Shown: piece by piece, positions 12,703-26,269 of the stretch
Position numbering within the stretch: position 1 is the first letter of the stretch
How the letters are laid out: each line of letters starts with the position of its first letter
Assembly: GCF_006345805.1 (NCBI RefSeq)
Contig: NC_042997.1
Span: forward strand, 136,586,001-136,650,000
Length of the DNA: 64,000 bases
Reading direction: 5' to 3'
Source: Octopus sinensis
Taxonomy: Eukaryota
The notes under the pieces: model-generated
The model's input: only the letters and a program-made list of their open reading frames with translations
Database searches by the model: none
Told to the model about the DNA's origin: nothing
Program-made: the position numbers and the translations under genes

Positions 12703-13974
12703 AAGAGAGAATGCTGAGAAATATAGAAACAAGAAATTTTTAGTGAGATATATTTCTCCTCTCAATTAAGCAAAGCATTTTAGTGGTGCTATGACTTCAA
12801 AGTATGCTAAAGAATTTCGAAGAAACTGTATTGTATTCTATTATAAGACTTCTCACATCAACTCGAATAAAGGACTGCAACGTAAGAATCAAGCAAATAA
12901 CTACTAGCATTTCTTTGCCATTTAAATTGAATAAGATTAGTTTCATTGGCTTCAACATCATAATTTTGAATTTCACAATTTTAAGTCTTCAAAATGTTAT
13001 CTCTTTTCTCTTGAGATTAAAATAAAATTAGACCCATAAAACGTCACATAGTTGGCCGAATCAGTAACCTTGTTAGTCTATAGGCTGCAAAGTTTTAGTT
13101 TCAAATCATATCAGGTAATACCTTATCTACTCAACTATTTGAATTTTATACTGTACCTATTTATTGATCAGTATTTGTTGCACGCATGTGTAGAAAATGG
13201 CTGACTGTAGAACTATGGCGTATATGTTTTGCATCTCCTACTTCGAATAAAAAGAATTGATTCTAAATTCATTTAAAACCGGCAGCAACTTTGTTGTTCG
13301 TCTTTATGAAACTCGATAAATTAACTACCAGTAATATACTGTGGCTGTTACAGTCGCTTATACTCCAGGACAAGTAGGAAGTCTCATTTGTTACTTGACA
13401 GTTAATTGCCATCGAATCGTTGTAATCATTACTAACAAACGAACCTCAACTCTGTACGGAAAACTCTGTTTTAGAATTGAAATAGATCAGCTAAAACATT
13501 ATGTCTGACAGAAGGCAATTAAGGAAAATAAAATTCAATAAATAAGTGATCCGTCAGTGAGAAAAGCAACAGCTACTAAAACATCAAAGATTTATAAACG
13601 GAATGTTTATTCTTTTGACATATATAACGTGTATTTCGTAACAAAATTGTCCAAAGAAAGACCTCTGATCATAAACTGGAGTCGAAAAGTGTGAAGTTAA
13701 TAATTAAATCAGTTCTTTTAGTTAACGTTATTAGAGAAAGAGAACCTGAAGAAAGTAAAACTTCTGTTCTTTTTTTTTTTTTTTTACTAAGCTCTCATGC
13801 TGATGTAGTGAAATATGTTGATGTCAAGCAACTGAACCACTAAATAAATTGCATACGAAAATATCAGCTTTACATATTATCAAAAGTGATCATATTTTGA
13901 GCTGCAAACTTTAGGTCACTTGTTGTGTGATATACTTTTATATAGTAATTACATTTCTTTCTTGTATATACACA

Positions 13975-14165
13975 GGGCCTGAAGACTTGGGAGCGGGATA
14001 GTCGATTACATCGACTCCAGTTCTTCACTGGTACTTTATTTTATCAACCCTGAAAAGATGAAAAATAAAGTTGACCTCGACGGTATTTAAACTCAGACAG
14101 TAAAGAGCCGGAAGATATATTGGTAAGCATTTTATCCAACGGTTGATGATTCTACCAGTTCGCTA
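13975..14165 (-). mobile_element. SINE family 2, degenerate
   Basis: GTCGATTACATCGAC..GGTACTTTATTTTATCAACCC..AAAGTTGACCTCG. Confidence 0.72.
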
Positions 14166-14167
14166 CC

Positions 14168-14169
<2 letters not shown>

Positions 14170-14212
<43 letters not shown>

Positions 14213-14235
14213 TAATAATAATAATAATAGCAATA

Positions 14236-14297
<62 letters not shown>
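14170..14297. repeat. (ATA)n followed by (ATG)n microsatellite
   Basis: Direct reading. Confidence 0.95.
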
Positions 14298-15695
14298 ACA
14301 GTATCAGAATGGAGTTCGGACTGAAAAAGTGTGGTGAGTTGATCTTGAAGAGAAGCAAAATCAAATGTATGGACAGTCTAAACGATACCGTCGGGGGAGG
14401 TTATGAAGCAGATAGAACAGACGTGCTATAAGTACTTGGGGATATTAGAAATGGATAAATTCATGGAGAAAGAAATGACAGAAAAGTTTGAGGTGAAGTG
14501 GAGTACTTGCCCAACCTGAGACTGATCCTGAAGTCGAAATTAAACGAACGGAATAAGATTGAAGCTATCAACACCTGGGTGGTTTCACTCCTTAGATATA
14601 GAGCAGGAGTAATCGCATGAACAGTGGACGAACTAAACAGCTTAGACAGAAAGACAAGGAAGTTCCTGGCTAGATATGGGATAATCCATTCAAAAAGTGA
14701 CACAGACAGACTGTATGCACCAAGAAAAAGAGGGAGAAAAGGATTGACTGGATGCGAACACAGAATTAGAGCAGAAGAAAACAACATAACATGGTATGTA
14801 AAAAATGCCACAGAACCGCTATTATTGGAAGTAAGAAGGTCAGGCTTGTGTAGGGTGAAAGAATGCAAAGATAAAGCACTGTACAAGCATTTGAGAATGA
14901 ATGAAACTGAAAATAAGTCGATAAAGAAAAGAATGGCTACGGATGACTAAAAGTGATATAAAATCGCAAACGAAGGCTCTAATCTGTTCTGCCCAAGAGC
15001 AAGCATTAAGAACCAATTACATCAAATACAGAATAGACAACACAGCAGAAAGGTATACGCGCAGAATTTGTGGACAAAATGGTGGAACCGTGTGGCATAT
15101 TACCAGTCAATGAACGCATTTGCCCAGAAAAAATATAAGAGACGTCACGACAATATAGCAAGGATTGTCAATTGGACACTTTGCAACAAGTATGGACTTG
15201 ACAGAGCAAAAATAATTAGTAAGAAGGCATCGTCGAAAATGATAATGCAATGATCCTATGGAATTTTATGATTCAGTGCGACCATGAAATAGAGAATAGA
15301 AAACCAGACATAGTGTTAATTGAGAAAGAAAGCAAATTCTGCTGGGTCATAGATAGAGCGTGCACAGCTGACAACAAGGTATGCGATAAGGAAGAAAGAA
15401 ATGTTGAGAGATATAACAGGTTAGCTTGGGAAGTTAAGCAGTTGTGGTCGATGAAAAAGGTGGTAGTAGTACCAATAATTGTCGGAGCCCTGGGAACAGT
15501 GAGCAAAAATCTCTATAAGTACATGGAACAAATAGGGGCTGCAATAAGGGTGGAGCACTTGCAGAAAACAGCACTGCTTGGAACCACTCGAATACTCCGG
15601 ATGGTACTCGAAAAATAACGGGTGTTACCTTAGTTTACCGGTAGTGAACAGCTGACACTGTAGTGCATCTCCAGCGTTAGAAACTATGCACAGAC

Positions 15696-15696
<1 letters not shown>
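14298..15696 (+). mobile_element. 5'-truncated R4/Dong-type LINE (RT thumb, CCHC, RLE, 3' UTR)
   Basis: IRMEFGLKKC, YKYLGI, HSKSDTDRLY.PRK.G.KGL, KYKRRHDNIAR and ILWNFMIQCDHEIENRKPDIV..VPIIVGALG; flanked by TAA-type repeats on both sides. Confidence 0.92.
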
Positions 15697-15732
<36 letters not shown>

Positions 15733-15749
15733 TAATAATAATAATAATA

Positions 15750-16186
15750 ATGGTCTACAGCAAATATTCTGCTCAATACCACAGATTTGCTTGTCAGTTG
15801 TTTGACCTTAACCAGTTGAGCATCTCCCTTAGTGGCTGACAATATGTGCATCTCTGATCACGAGCAGAAGTAGTGGGGGAGCATTATAGCCATGTGTTGA
15901 GAGGGATTATTTGGGGTTTGAATAATTCACCTCTGGAAACATGGGTGTTTCGTTCAACATCCTCAGGGACATTTTGAGCGGGATGGGTTACTCGACCAGA
16001 AGAAAACTCTAACTGGGCCCCACCTGCAAGGTCATGTGCTGTTTATTTTGATATGAGATCACCATGTTGCGCACATATGGTTGTGATGCATGTGCCTAGT
16101 GTACCCCTATCAGACGAGTAGTCATGATGGGTATACTGGCTTTGTATATTCTAGTGTCACTGTGATGGCATGCACTGCTTTCTCAC

Positions 16187-16187
<1 letters not shown>
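15750..16187 (+). mobile_element. Non-coding interspersed element X, copy 1, ending in an (AAT)n tail
   Basis: High similarity to 16346-16808; (AAT)n on both sides. Confidence 0.8.
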
Positions 16188-16219
<32 letters not shown>

Positions 16220-16245
16220 TAATAATAATAATAATAATAATAATA

Positions 16246-16808
16246 GCAGTACATGCCCTGATGCAGTACCAGGCAGTGGCTCTCATGGCTTCTGATCTTA
16301 ACTGATTGGAAGTGTTATCATGTACATTGTTTTGTCTTGGTATAAAAGATGGGCTACAGCAAATATTCTGCTCAATACCACAGATTTGCTTGTCAGTTGT
16401 TTGACCTTAACCAGTTGAGCATGTCCCTTAGTGGCTGACGATATGTGCATCGCTGATCACGAGCAGAAGTAGTGGGGGAGCATCATAGCCATGTGTTGAG
16501 AGGGATTCTTTGGGGTTTGAATAATTCACCTCTGGAAACATGGGTGGTTCTTTCAACATCCTTAAACAACCTTTATTCAGGGACCTTTTGAGCGGGATGG
16601 GCTACTCAACCTGAAGAAAATTCTAACTGGGCCCCACCTGCAAGGTCATGTGCTGTTTATCTTGTTATGAGATCAGCATGTCGTGCACATATGGTTGTGA
16701 TGCATGTGCCTAGTGTACCTTTATCAGACGGGTAGTCATGATGGGTATATTGGGCTTCGTATATTTTACCCCAGTATCACTTTGATGGCATGCACTGCTC
16801 TCTCACTC
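16246..16808 (+). mobile_element. Non-coding interspersed element X, copy 2 (longer 5' end), ending in an (AAT)n tail
   Basis: Same body as copy 1 with ~100 extra 5' bases; tail 16809-16848. Confidence 0.8.
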
Positions 16809-16848
<40 letters not shown>

Positions 16849-17099
16849 TGTAATCGACTTCTGTCGATTTTCATGTAAGAGCGTTTGAATGGGACGATTT
16901 TAAAAATAGAGAGAGAGAGAGTGTGTGTGTGTGTGTGTGGTGTGTGTGTGTGTGTGGTGTGTGTGTGTGTGTGTGTGTGTGCGTGCGTGTGTGTGAAAGA
17001 GAAAGACAGAAAGCGAGGGAGCGGGAGAGAGAGAGAGAAAACAACTTTAAAAATAAAAGAAGCTACATCTATTTGCGATGGATGTGTGAATGTAAAATG

Positions 17100-17990
17100 A
17101 GTCCAGACATGGATTTTGCTATGAAGTCACAATGGGGACACTGATGATTTTGATTTTGCCTGGAATTGGGTAAATGCGGTTATCTTTCAACATATCCTAC
17201 CCATCTGCACTGAATTCTCAGCAGCATACTTTTGATACTGGAGATATGATATTTTTCTACGATTTTGACATTTGATATCTTATCTTGCCATTTTATGTTG
17301 CAGATATTGCGCAGATAGCACATGTGAAAGTTTTCAAGTTTCTTTATATGCCTATAGTAAGGAGTCTATGCTTCTGCCCCATACAGAAGTGTGCTTAAAA
17401 GGCAAGATTTGTATACACTTATTTTAATTTTCAGACTGACACCGTGTTCATCCCACAAACGATGGGAAATTTTTCCAAAAGCACTTGTTACCTTAGATAT
17501 TCTAACATTGATTTCGCCAGGAAGAGCACTCTTAAATTTTACTGTACTTCCATGATATCCAAATAACCTGATTCATTTGAGCGGCTTCTTGTCAAACAAC
17601 ACATTTGAATATTGAGTATGTTCTGCTCCAGGTTTAAGTTGAAATAAAACTCCAGTCTTCTTGATGCTGATTGTCAGTCCAAATGCACGAGCTGCCGCTG
17701 AAAATCTGTCGACTGTTTCCTGAAGTCCCTCAAATGTATGGGGAATCAAAGCGTAATCATCAGCAAATAGAAAATCCCGTACAATCTTTTCCTTGGTCTT
17801 TTCCATTGATCTAAAACTTTGCCCTTTTATGTTTAGTAGACCTCCTGTGCGAAACTGGAATTTTACACACTTATGGTAATCCCTAAAAGCATGTTGGAGC
17901 AGTATTATTGAAAAGAATATGGTAAAAGTACAAGGGATAAAACACAGACCTGCTTGGTTCCAGTGGCAACAGAAAATGCCTCTGAACATT
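17100..17990 (-). mobile_element. RTE/BovB-clade LINE remnant (RT C-terminal half and terminal zinc finger)
   Basis: ORF 17573-18169 contains VRDFLFADDYAL..LQETVDRFSAAARAFGLTISIKKT; CPHCDF..SGL..H at ~17100-17140. Confidence 0.88.
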
Positions 17991-18214
17991 GACAGATGGA
18001 TATCAATGCTTCCATCATTTTTTTTTCGTAGAGCTACTGTTGCCCTTATCATTTTATCGGATGACCGACTTTTGACAAAATTTTCCAAATAATAATAATG
18101 ACGATAATGATTTCTTTTATTTACTACCAGGGCGAAGGATGAGATGACAACCATAATAATAATGGCCAATTCAGTCGAGTGTTTTAAAGAAAGAATTTTG
18201 TTTTAAATGGATTA

Positions 18215-18330
18215 ACAAAAAGAAGTTGCATCTATATGCGGTGGACGCATGAGTGTAATTTGATTCTCAGTATGGATCTTGCTATGAAGTCACGATGGGG
18301 AAAATGATTTTGATTTTGTCTAGGATTGCA
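18215..18330 (-). mobile_element. Second RTE 3'-end fragment
   Basis: TGGAT.TTGCTATGAAGTCAC.ATGGGG..ATGATTTTGATTTTG matches 17108-17165. Confidence 0.65.
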
Positions 18331-20107
18331 GGATATAATTCATAGAAAATAGCAGCAGAGATAACAATGAAAATACAGTTCTTACTAATAAGAGTAATCC
18401 CATAGCACAGGAAAGGAGCAGTGGTAGTTTACTTGATGAGAGACATATAGATGATCCTAAAAGACGATAAAACTAATGACGACATGACAGATGAACAAAA
18501 GGCAATCTACGACAGAATAAAGGTAAGAATACAGGAGAACGATAGTGACAATATTTGCAACCTTAAAAAGGTTGATCGATGGAAATTGAACCAAGAAACG
18601 AAAAATGTCAATGAAATTCTGAAATACATCAGAAGAAACAACATCACAGAAACAAATAATTTGATCAAGGCAAGTATTGTTGTAGCAGAAAACGTGGGTG
18701 TTGATGTCAAGAAAAAGAAACATAATGGAGTGACAAAAGAAAAGATCAGTAGTGGAAAGGAAGAATTCAGGCTGGGTTAGACATGCTCTCGAAGGAAATT
18801 TCTGTGTTAGACCGAAAAGAGCAAGGGGAGCTCAAAAGCGAACAAAAATACAGGGCGCTGAAAATGAAATATAATATTGAAAGAAAGGGTCTGAAAATAG
18901 TAGTAGAGGAACTGAAACAGCGCCTCGTTGCAAAGAAAGCAAAGATGGTAAGATACGAAGAAAGAATGAAGGGTTACAACCAGAATAGGTTATTCAGAGT
19001 AGCTCAGAAGAGATTCTATAAAGAAATAAATGGAGAGTGTACAGATGAAAAGTTGATATAAGATTACATAGAAAGTCAAAGGTTTTGGAGTAACATCTGG
19101 ATAAAAGACAAGGAGCTCAAGAAGGATGCTGAATGGTTGCAAGAACTGAAACAAATAGTAGTCTGTCCAAAACAGGCAGAACTAGTCATTTCAGTTATGG
19201 AAGTGAAGGAGATCAGCAAAAAAATGAGCAACTGGAAGGTCCCGGGACCAGATGGAGTTCAAGGCTTCTGGATCAAAAGATTTGGTGAATGTCATGCACG
19301 AATAGCTGCACAACTCAACATCTTGTTAAATACCGACCAAGGAACATCAGAGTGGTTGACATTGGGTAGGACAATGCTGTGCCTGAAAAACATCGAAAAA
19401 GGCAATACGGTAAACAAACTACATAAAATACAGAATAGACAACACAGCAGAAAGCGATAAGTGCAGAATCTGTGGACAAAACGATGAAACCGTATGGCAT
19501 ATTACCAGCCAATGTACGCCACTAGCCCAGAAGGAATATAAGAGACGTCACGACAATATAGCCAGGCTTGTCCATTGCACACTCTGCAACAAGTATGGAC
19601 TTGACAGAGCAAAACATTGGTACGACCACAAACCTGAAGGCATCGTCGAAAGTAGAAATACAATGATTCTATGAGATTTTATGATTCAGTGCAACCATGA
19701 GACAGAGAATGGGAAACCGGACATAGTCTTAATTGAGAAAGGAAACAAACTATGCAGGATCATAGATATAGAATGCCCCGCTGATAACAAGGTATGCGAT
19801 AAGGAAGAAAAAAAAAGGAGAGACATGACAGGTTAGCTTGGGAAGTTAAGCAGTTGTGGTCGATGAAAAAGGTAGCAGTAGTAGCAATAATTGTTGGAGT
19901 CCTGGGAACAGTAAGCAAAAATCTCGAGCAAGACAAATAGGGGCTGCAATAAGGATGGAGCACTTGCAGAAAACAGCACTGCTTGGAACCGCTCGAATAC
20001 TTCAGGTGGTGCTCGAAAAATGAGAGGTGTTATCTTAGTTCACCGGTAGTGAACAGCTCACACTGTAGTGCATCTCCAGCGTTAGAAGCTGTGCAAAGGC
20101 AATGATG
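18330..20107 (+). mobile_element. R4/Dong-type LINE lacking the whole RT domain
   Basis: N-terminal ORF pieces (EELKQRLVAK..RYE, NWKVPGPDGVQGFWIK) join directly at ~19420 to the CCHC/RLE region. The 3' end is closely related to 14298-15696; (ATA)n tail 20108-20162. Confidence 0.9.
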
Positions 20108-20163
<56 letters not shown>

Positions 20164-20419
20164 TAGAGCAAAGCAAACAAGACCGAACACTCTGTGAAGT
20201 AAAACAATATGACTACAGCAGATAGTCGCTACAGGAACAAAAACAACATCAGCAACAACAACCACAGAAAGAACAACAACAATAACAACAGGGCTGTGAG
20301 AAGATAGCCAGAATAACGAAAATAATAACAAAGACAGCAAGAACTCCAAAAGTAACAATATAGTTTACAACAACAGAGCTACCACCACCATCGACAATAC
20401 AAGCAAATAATAAGAATAT

Positions 20420-23400
20420 GTCCTGGGTATGACGTTAAACTGCATCCAGTTGTGAGGTCTAGACGGGAGAATAATGAGGTTATCTCTAACTATAGCTACC
20501 TTCATGTCGAGACTATAGAATACCAGGTAGGTGTCTGGTGAGGTTAAGTCTGTATCATGGGGTGGGGAGTGTCTTTCTAGCTTTGGTCGGCAACCCCTCT
20601 AGAGATGGTGTCTCAATAATCACATCAGCGGTTGTGTCACCTCATCAAACCACACTATCAATGAAAATGTCAAATACAAATGTATTATTGAAGAACGGCG
20701 TGAATGAAGGTGGAACTGATAACAGAGAAGATTTCTCGCAGGGTAGGCCCAGTCGTCAACTAGCTACTGCGGTAAGAAAGAAAGGTGGAAAGATCCACTG
20801 GAGTAGATTGAATGCAACCGTGATGGAATGTTACATCCGAAATGAACCAAGCAGATTTGGCTTTATAGACAGGGTGAGAGAGATATGGCTTGAAAAGGGG
20901 ACGTTTGATGTAAAGCGACCAAGACGAAGTGACCAAGTAAGACAGACTAAAAAGAAAGACTGGTTAACAGAAGAAATCAAATGCAGAATCTATCAGACGG
21001 AAAATAGCAATGAGAGACAGATAGATGTCAATGATAGTGAAAGTAGAGACATAGAAGTTCAGATACCACGTATCAAAAGACTCCTAACAGTGCACGGGGA
21101 CCCAGAACATAGCTTTTCCGATAAAGAGCTGATCATTACTGACAGACTACATGAAAGAAAAAAAGATTACCATCTATAAAAAAGATAAAGAACAAAATAG
21201 TGAAAGAGTTTCAGATAGTTAACCAAGCCTCGGACAAGATTAGAAGTAATGGTATCACCATAACCAACAACTTAAAATATGCTGCAGCAGTGATCGTAAT
21301 GGAAAGACGGAGTGAAGATTTCGCAACCCCAAAAGAAAGAAAGATAACCCTGGTGGAAATGGCGATTACAGGGAGAGGCAGACCAGCTGCGAAAAGATCT
21401 TGCACAGGGTAGAGGTTCTTAGTAACGGGGATAATATAAAGACTAGACTCCATGAAGCAATCCAAAGAAAGTACTAACTGTAACAAAAAGGATATAGAAA
21501 AGTAATGGAAGAATTAAAACAAAGGATAAAATCGAAAGCTGCCAAGATCACGAGATACAATAACAGGATTGCACAGTTTAGAGAAACTAAGTTCTTCGAA
21601 CCAGATAAAATTAGATTTTACAAGGAACTAAATGGAGATGTTACAATGGGCATATCGCCTAACAAGGAAGAGACAAAGGAATGCTAGAGAAACATTTGGA
21701 GTCATGAAGTGAAATTCAATGGTGATACAGAATGGTTGAAAAAGATAAAAGCAAAGAATGCAGATTTGCCAAAGCAGAAAAATACGGAGATCACAGGAGA
21801 AAAGTTGAAAAATGTCTTGATAGAGATGCCTAACTGGATTTTGGCTAAAACGTTTCACTGCGCATCATGATAGAATGAGAACACAAATAAATAATTGAAT
21901 TGCGACAGGAGATTCTCCTGAATGGATGACGAAAGGTAGGACGGTTCTGATACTGAATGATCAAAAATAAGGAAATATAGCAAGCAACTACCAACCAATA
22001 ACTTGCCTTCTGCTGATGTGAAAGTTGCTAACAGGTGTTATTACAGAAGATATATATAATTATCTTGGGGAGGGCGATCTACTGCCTGAAGAATAGAAAG
22101 GATGTAGAAAATGTTCTAAAGGGATAAACTACCAATTAGATATAGATCAGCGTGTCCTCCATGACGTTATATGCAAGAAGGAAAACTTAGCAACTGCATG
22201 GATTGATTACCAAAAGGATAATCATGGTATTCCACATTCATGGATCCTAGGATGATTCAATATATCTGGGATGGCCGAGAATGTTGCCTAGCTCTTACAA
22301 AGTAGTCTACCAAAATGGAGGATTATAGTAACATCAGGACAAGATAAATTAAGTGATGTCAGCATAAGTAGGGGAATATCCCAAGGTGATACGCTTTCAC
22401 CACTGCTATTCGTGATTGCTCTTATCCCTCTTACATTGACCTTGAGAGGGGCTAAATCATGCTACGAATGTGGTGAGAAAATAAACCTGAAATTATTTGC
22501 CAAAAATGAGAAAGCTTTAGATTCACTGCTTCCGACTGTTAGAGTTGTGAGTGATGACACAGGCTTGAGGTTGGAAGTAGATAAATTTACAGTGCTAGTG
22601 ATAAAAAGACGAAAAATATCCAAGTCAAAAGGGATTAACCTCCCAGATGAATCATCAATCCGAGCAATGAATGAGGGTGACAGTTACAAGTACCTAAGTG
22701 TATTAGAAGGAGATAGAATTCTCTGTCAATAAATGAAAGAGAAAGTAAGGAATGAATATCTCAGGTGAGTAAAAAAAGTGGTAAGCTCAAAACTGAATGG
22801 AGAGAAAAACATCTCCGCAGTAAACACATGGATAGTCTCTCTCTAATATGATATTCTGCTGCTTTCCTGAACTGAACCAAGGTAGAACTAAGAGACAAAG
22901 ATTGTAAAACCAGAAAGACAATGTCCATGTACAGGTCGCTGCATCCCAGAGACAGTGTCGAGGGTGGGGAGAGGACTTATGTCAATAAAAGACTGCGTAG
23001 AGATGGCATAGAAGAATATGTGAGAAGCAACTCAGAAAGATTGATTTCACCTGCCAGAGGAGAGGAGAAAGAAGCTGTGACAAATGCAACTGAATACAAG
23101 AAAAGAAGAAAACAGGAGCGAAAAAGAAATATCTGAAGAAAAGAACTACACGATCAGCATCTCAAACAAACGCAGGACGTCTTGGTTATGGCTGAAAAAT
23201 GGAGACCTCGAGAAAGAAAGAAACGGAAGGACTCATAATGGCTACTCAAAGCTAGTCATTCCAGGCGAATATCATTAAGGCCTGAATAGATAAATCCGCG
23301 AAAAGTGCAAAATGCAGAGTATATAATGAGAAAAAGGAATGCTCATAGTAAGTTCCTGTAGTCTTTGGCACAGAAGGAATATAGACGCAGACACAACTGT

Positions 23401-23930
23401 GTGGCCGAGGCACGACACTGGGACATATTACAGCAAAGAGGATTTAAAGTAGGAAGAAAATGGTACCAACATCAACCAGAAAGTGCAATAAAGAATGATC
23501 AGTATAAGGTCTTATGGGATTTTAATGTACCGCAAACTTCATGCAAGGCGACCAGCTATTATCGTTCTGGATAAGGTGGGGGAGAACACATCATCATATA
23601 CATGGCTATATCTGCGGATATTAATGAAGAGGAAAAAATAGGAAAATACCGGGATTTGACTAGAGAAATACAAAGAATGTGGAGGGTTTCTGCAAAAAAA
23701 AAAAATCCCAGTTGTTATAGGTGTCCTAAATATTATCACCAACAGATAGTTTCCTTATTGAGGTTGGTGTAACTACGATAGTGGCATTAATTCAGAAATT
23801 TACTCTTTTGAGAACAGCAAGGATTGTTAAAAAATCTCCTCGATATCTAAAGAAACTGATTGTGACACGTTATCAAAGACATTGATTCCGAATATAAAAC
23901 ATTCGTGCACAACACGAATAATATTTAACG
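20420..23930 (+). mobile_element. Apparently full-length but decayed R4/Dong-type LINE
   Basis: N-terminal ATAVRKK..W..LNA.VMECY; RT NY.PITCL, WIDYQK and GISQGDTLSPLLFVIALIPL; CCHC/RLE EYRRRHN..A..HW, KVLWDF; many stops and frameshifts. Confidence 0.9.
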
Positions 23931-24089
23931 AGATTTTACTCTAGAATACTAAAATAAAAACATTTCATATGGAGTGCACATATAGTTGCTTATGTTTCCT
24001 GCTGCTACATTTCTGTTTCCGTTTCTTCGGTGGGGAAGCCCAACAGCTGTGCGGCTTTGAGCCCTACATAGCCTTGGCACAAACACAGT

Positions 24090-24722
24090 AATCAAAAACC
24101 TAGATCAGGAAGGCACCCACAAATATCTCAGGATAAATTAATGAAAGAGAGTAAGAGTCATTCTAAAGAGTAAGCTGAATACCAAAACTAGAATAAATGC
24201 TGTAAACACTCAGCAGTCTCAGCTGTAACTTAAAGCTTTAACATCATAAACTGGAACATAAACGAAATTAAACTGATACACACAAACGTCTAAAAGATAT
24301 TCACATGCAGCGACAGTATCTTAGCGGATATTGATCATCCGTATCTACAGAGAAGCAAAGGGGCCAGGAGAATGACAAGATTTGATCTATCATATAAAAC
24401 AACTTTAGGGAAGCTTATGTACCAAGGGTTCGCAAAATCTTGGATGTTTCAACAGGTTCAACAGTAGCAAAAAATACTGTAAAAATATACCACTGAATTC
24501 AATATAAACCTTGAAATAAGCGAAGAGGGAAAAACTGCTATCGAGTGTGTTAAAATCATCAAGCTGCTGGTGGAATAAATGGAAGACCGATGAAGACAAA
24601 AGCTTCTGCATCATTAGTATATGCTCCGAAGCAAAAATAACAATATAGACCAGAAAATAGCCCATCAATGGTTGAGGTGTTCAAGAATAAAAACAAAAAC
24701 GAAAGGTTTCATATTGGCAACA
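24090..24722 (+). mobile_element. R4/Dong-type LINE internal fragment (post-RT region)
   Basis: RVILKSKLN.KTRINAVNT, IINWNINEI and QKIAHQWLR.SRIK.KTKGFILA. Confidence 0.75.
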
Positions 24723-24724
24723 CA

Positions 24725-25240
24725 TGCACCACAAGATTGGAGTGGTTCCATTCACCATAACCATTTTCTCCACTCTCACCCATCTTTTGACCGATTCACT
24801 AGAGAAGAGCACTTCTCTTTCCAACCTCTCTTTCCTATCCAAGTTGAACTTTAAAAAGTTGATGAGGTCTTCGCCGAAGAGGAAAGTGTCTTCCAGCAAT
24901 CCTCTCAGTCTTGAGCACCACACAATCTCATTTTCTATAGCCACCAGACAGAGGAAATCTACCTGCCCACTTTATTAAGAGAGGGTCATGAACGATACAT
25001 TCATAACGGACTCGGCCGATAGGCGAGTCTTTCATACACACTACAACAGTTGTTCCACATAACTTCACAAATCAGCAACGTTTTTGGCACCACACAAATG
25101 TGTGTACTACGGCTTCAACGCTCTGCGCACACCTCAAACAGTTCCGCCTGGTGGCGCACCTATACTTGTACATTTTACCTCGAAACGTTAATGTTCTTCG
25201 GTAGCACATCCAGGTCAATAATAAGCCTTTCAACTATAGG
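24725..25240 (-). mobile_element. Tx1/L1-type ORF2 C-terminal fragment
   Basis: ORF 24681-24944 EIVWCSRLRGL..FLFGEDLINF..LEREVL..KRWVRV..VNG is homologous to minus 495-274. Confidence 0.82.
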
Positions 25241-25440
25241 CACAATGCCTGAAATTTGTGGGAGGGGGGAATTGATTACACTGACCCCTATGCTCAACTG
25301 CTACTTATTTTATCGACCCCCGTAAGGATAAACGCAAAGTCGACCTCAGTGGAATTTGAACTCAGAACGTAAAGGCGGACGAAATGCTGCTAAGCATTTT
25401 GCCCGGCGAGCTAACGATTCTGCCATCTTGCTGCCTTTGC
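25230..25440 (-). mobile_element. SINE family 2
   Basis: AAAGTCGACCTCAGTGGAATTTGAACTCAGAACG..GCTAACGATTCTGCC. Confidence 0.82.
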
Positions 25441-26269
25441 TAAGTCGAAACAGAATAGCCAAGAAATCAACTCAAATTGCTTCATGACACTGCACTTCAA
25501 AATATTTTTTCATGATCAATTTTAAACAATGACAAGTAAATTCATGGCATCTTTGTTTCATTATTGAAAGCGATTCGCAGGAAAGATTATGGCCCTCTCA
25601 TACAAAACATAGCTTTATATCTAATCAAGATGAATCTTTATTATTTGTTTTATTTATTGTGTTAGCAGCAAACTTAGAAAAAGTATAAGCGTCAGACTAT
25701 ATTTTTCTAAATCTTTCACTTGATATTTTTTTACATTCTGAGTTTAAGTCTACCGAAATCGACATCGCCTTTTTTAGGAACGGTGTCGATGAAATAAGAA
25801 CAAATGACGTATCAAAATCGAACTACTCCATTATGTTTTCCTTCTTTGTAAAAACTGATATTGTGCCAATTCAAAAAGGAAAATACCAGCACGGTAAAGT
25901 TGTTAGTAGAATCGACCACATGATTTCAGAAATTAGTAGTAAACAACGAAAATTTGCTATCATTATACATTTATCCTTTTTCTTTTATTTTTTTTTTTTT
26001 CCCCCTTTTTTTAAGGTGTCCGTTAATTTCCGCTTCAAAAAATTTGGAAATAAGCTTTTAGCAGAAATGTTTTACTTGCGGTTAAGTGAGTTATATATTA
26101 TCGAATAGGTTTAGTGGTGAAGAAAAGCAAATACTTTGACAGCATTTCTGTAAGCTAACAAGATGTCAGGAAAGACATAACGGCAAACTAATGTTAATAC
26201 AGGATAAAGTTAACAAATATTTATAATACTGATTGAATTGATTTATATCCAATGATTTGTTCACTGTTT

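Noticed and set aside
20540-20650. HDV-like ribozyme in the R4 5' UTR (GTCGGCAACC motif)
   Set aside because: I could not construct the nested double pseudoknot by eye; needs a descriptor search.
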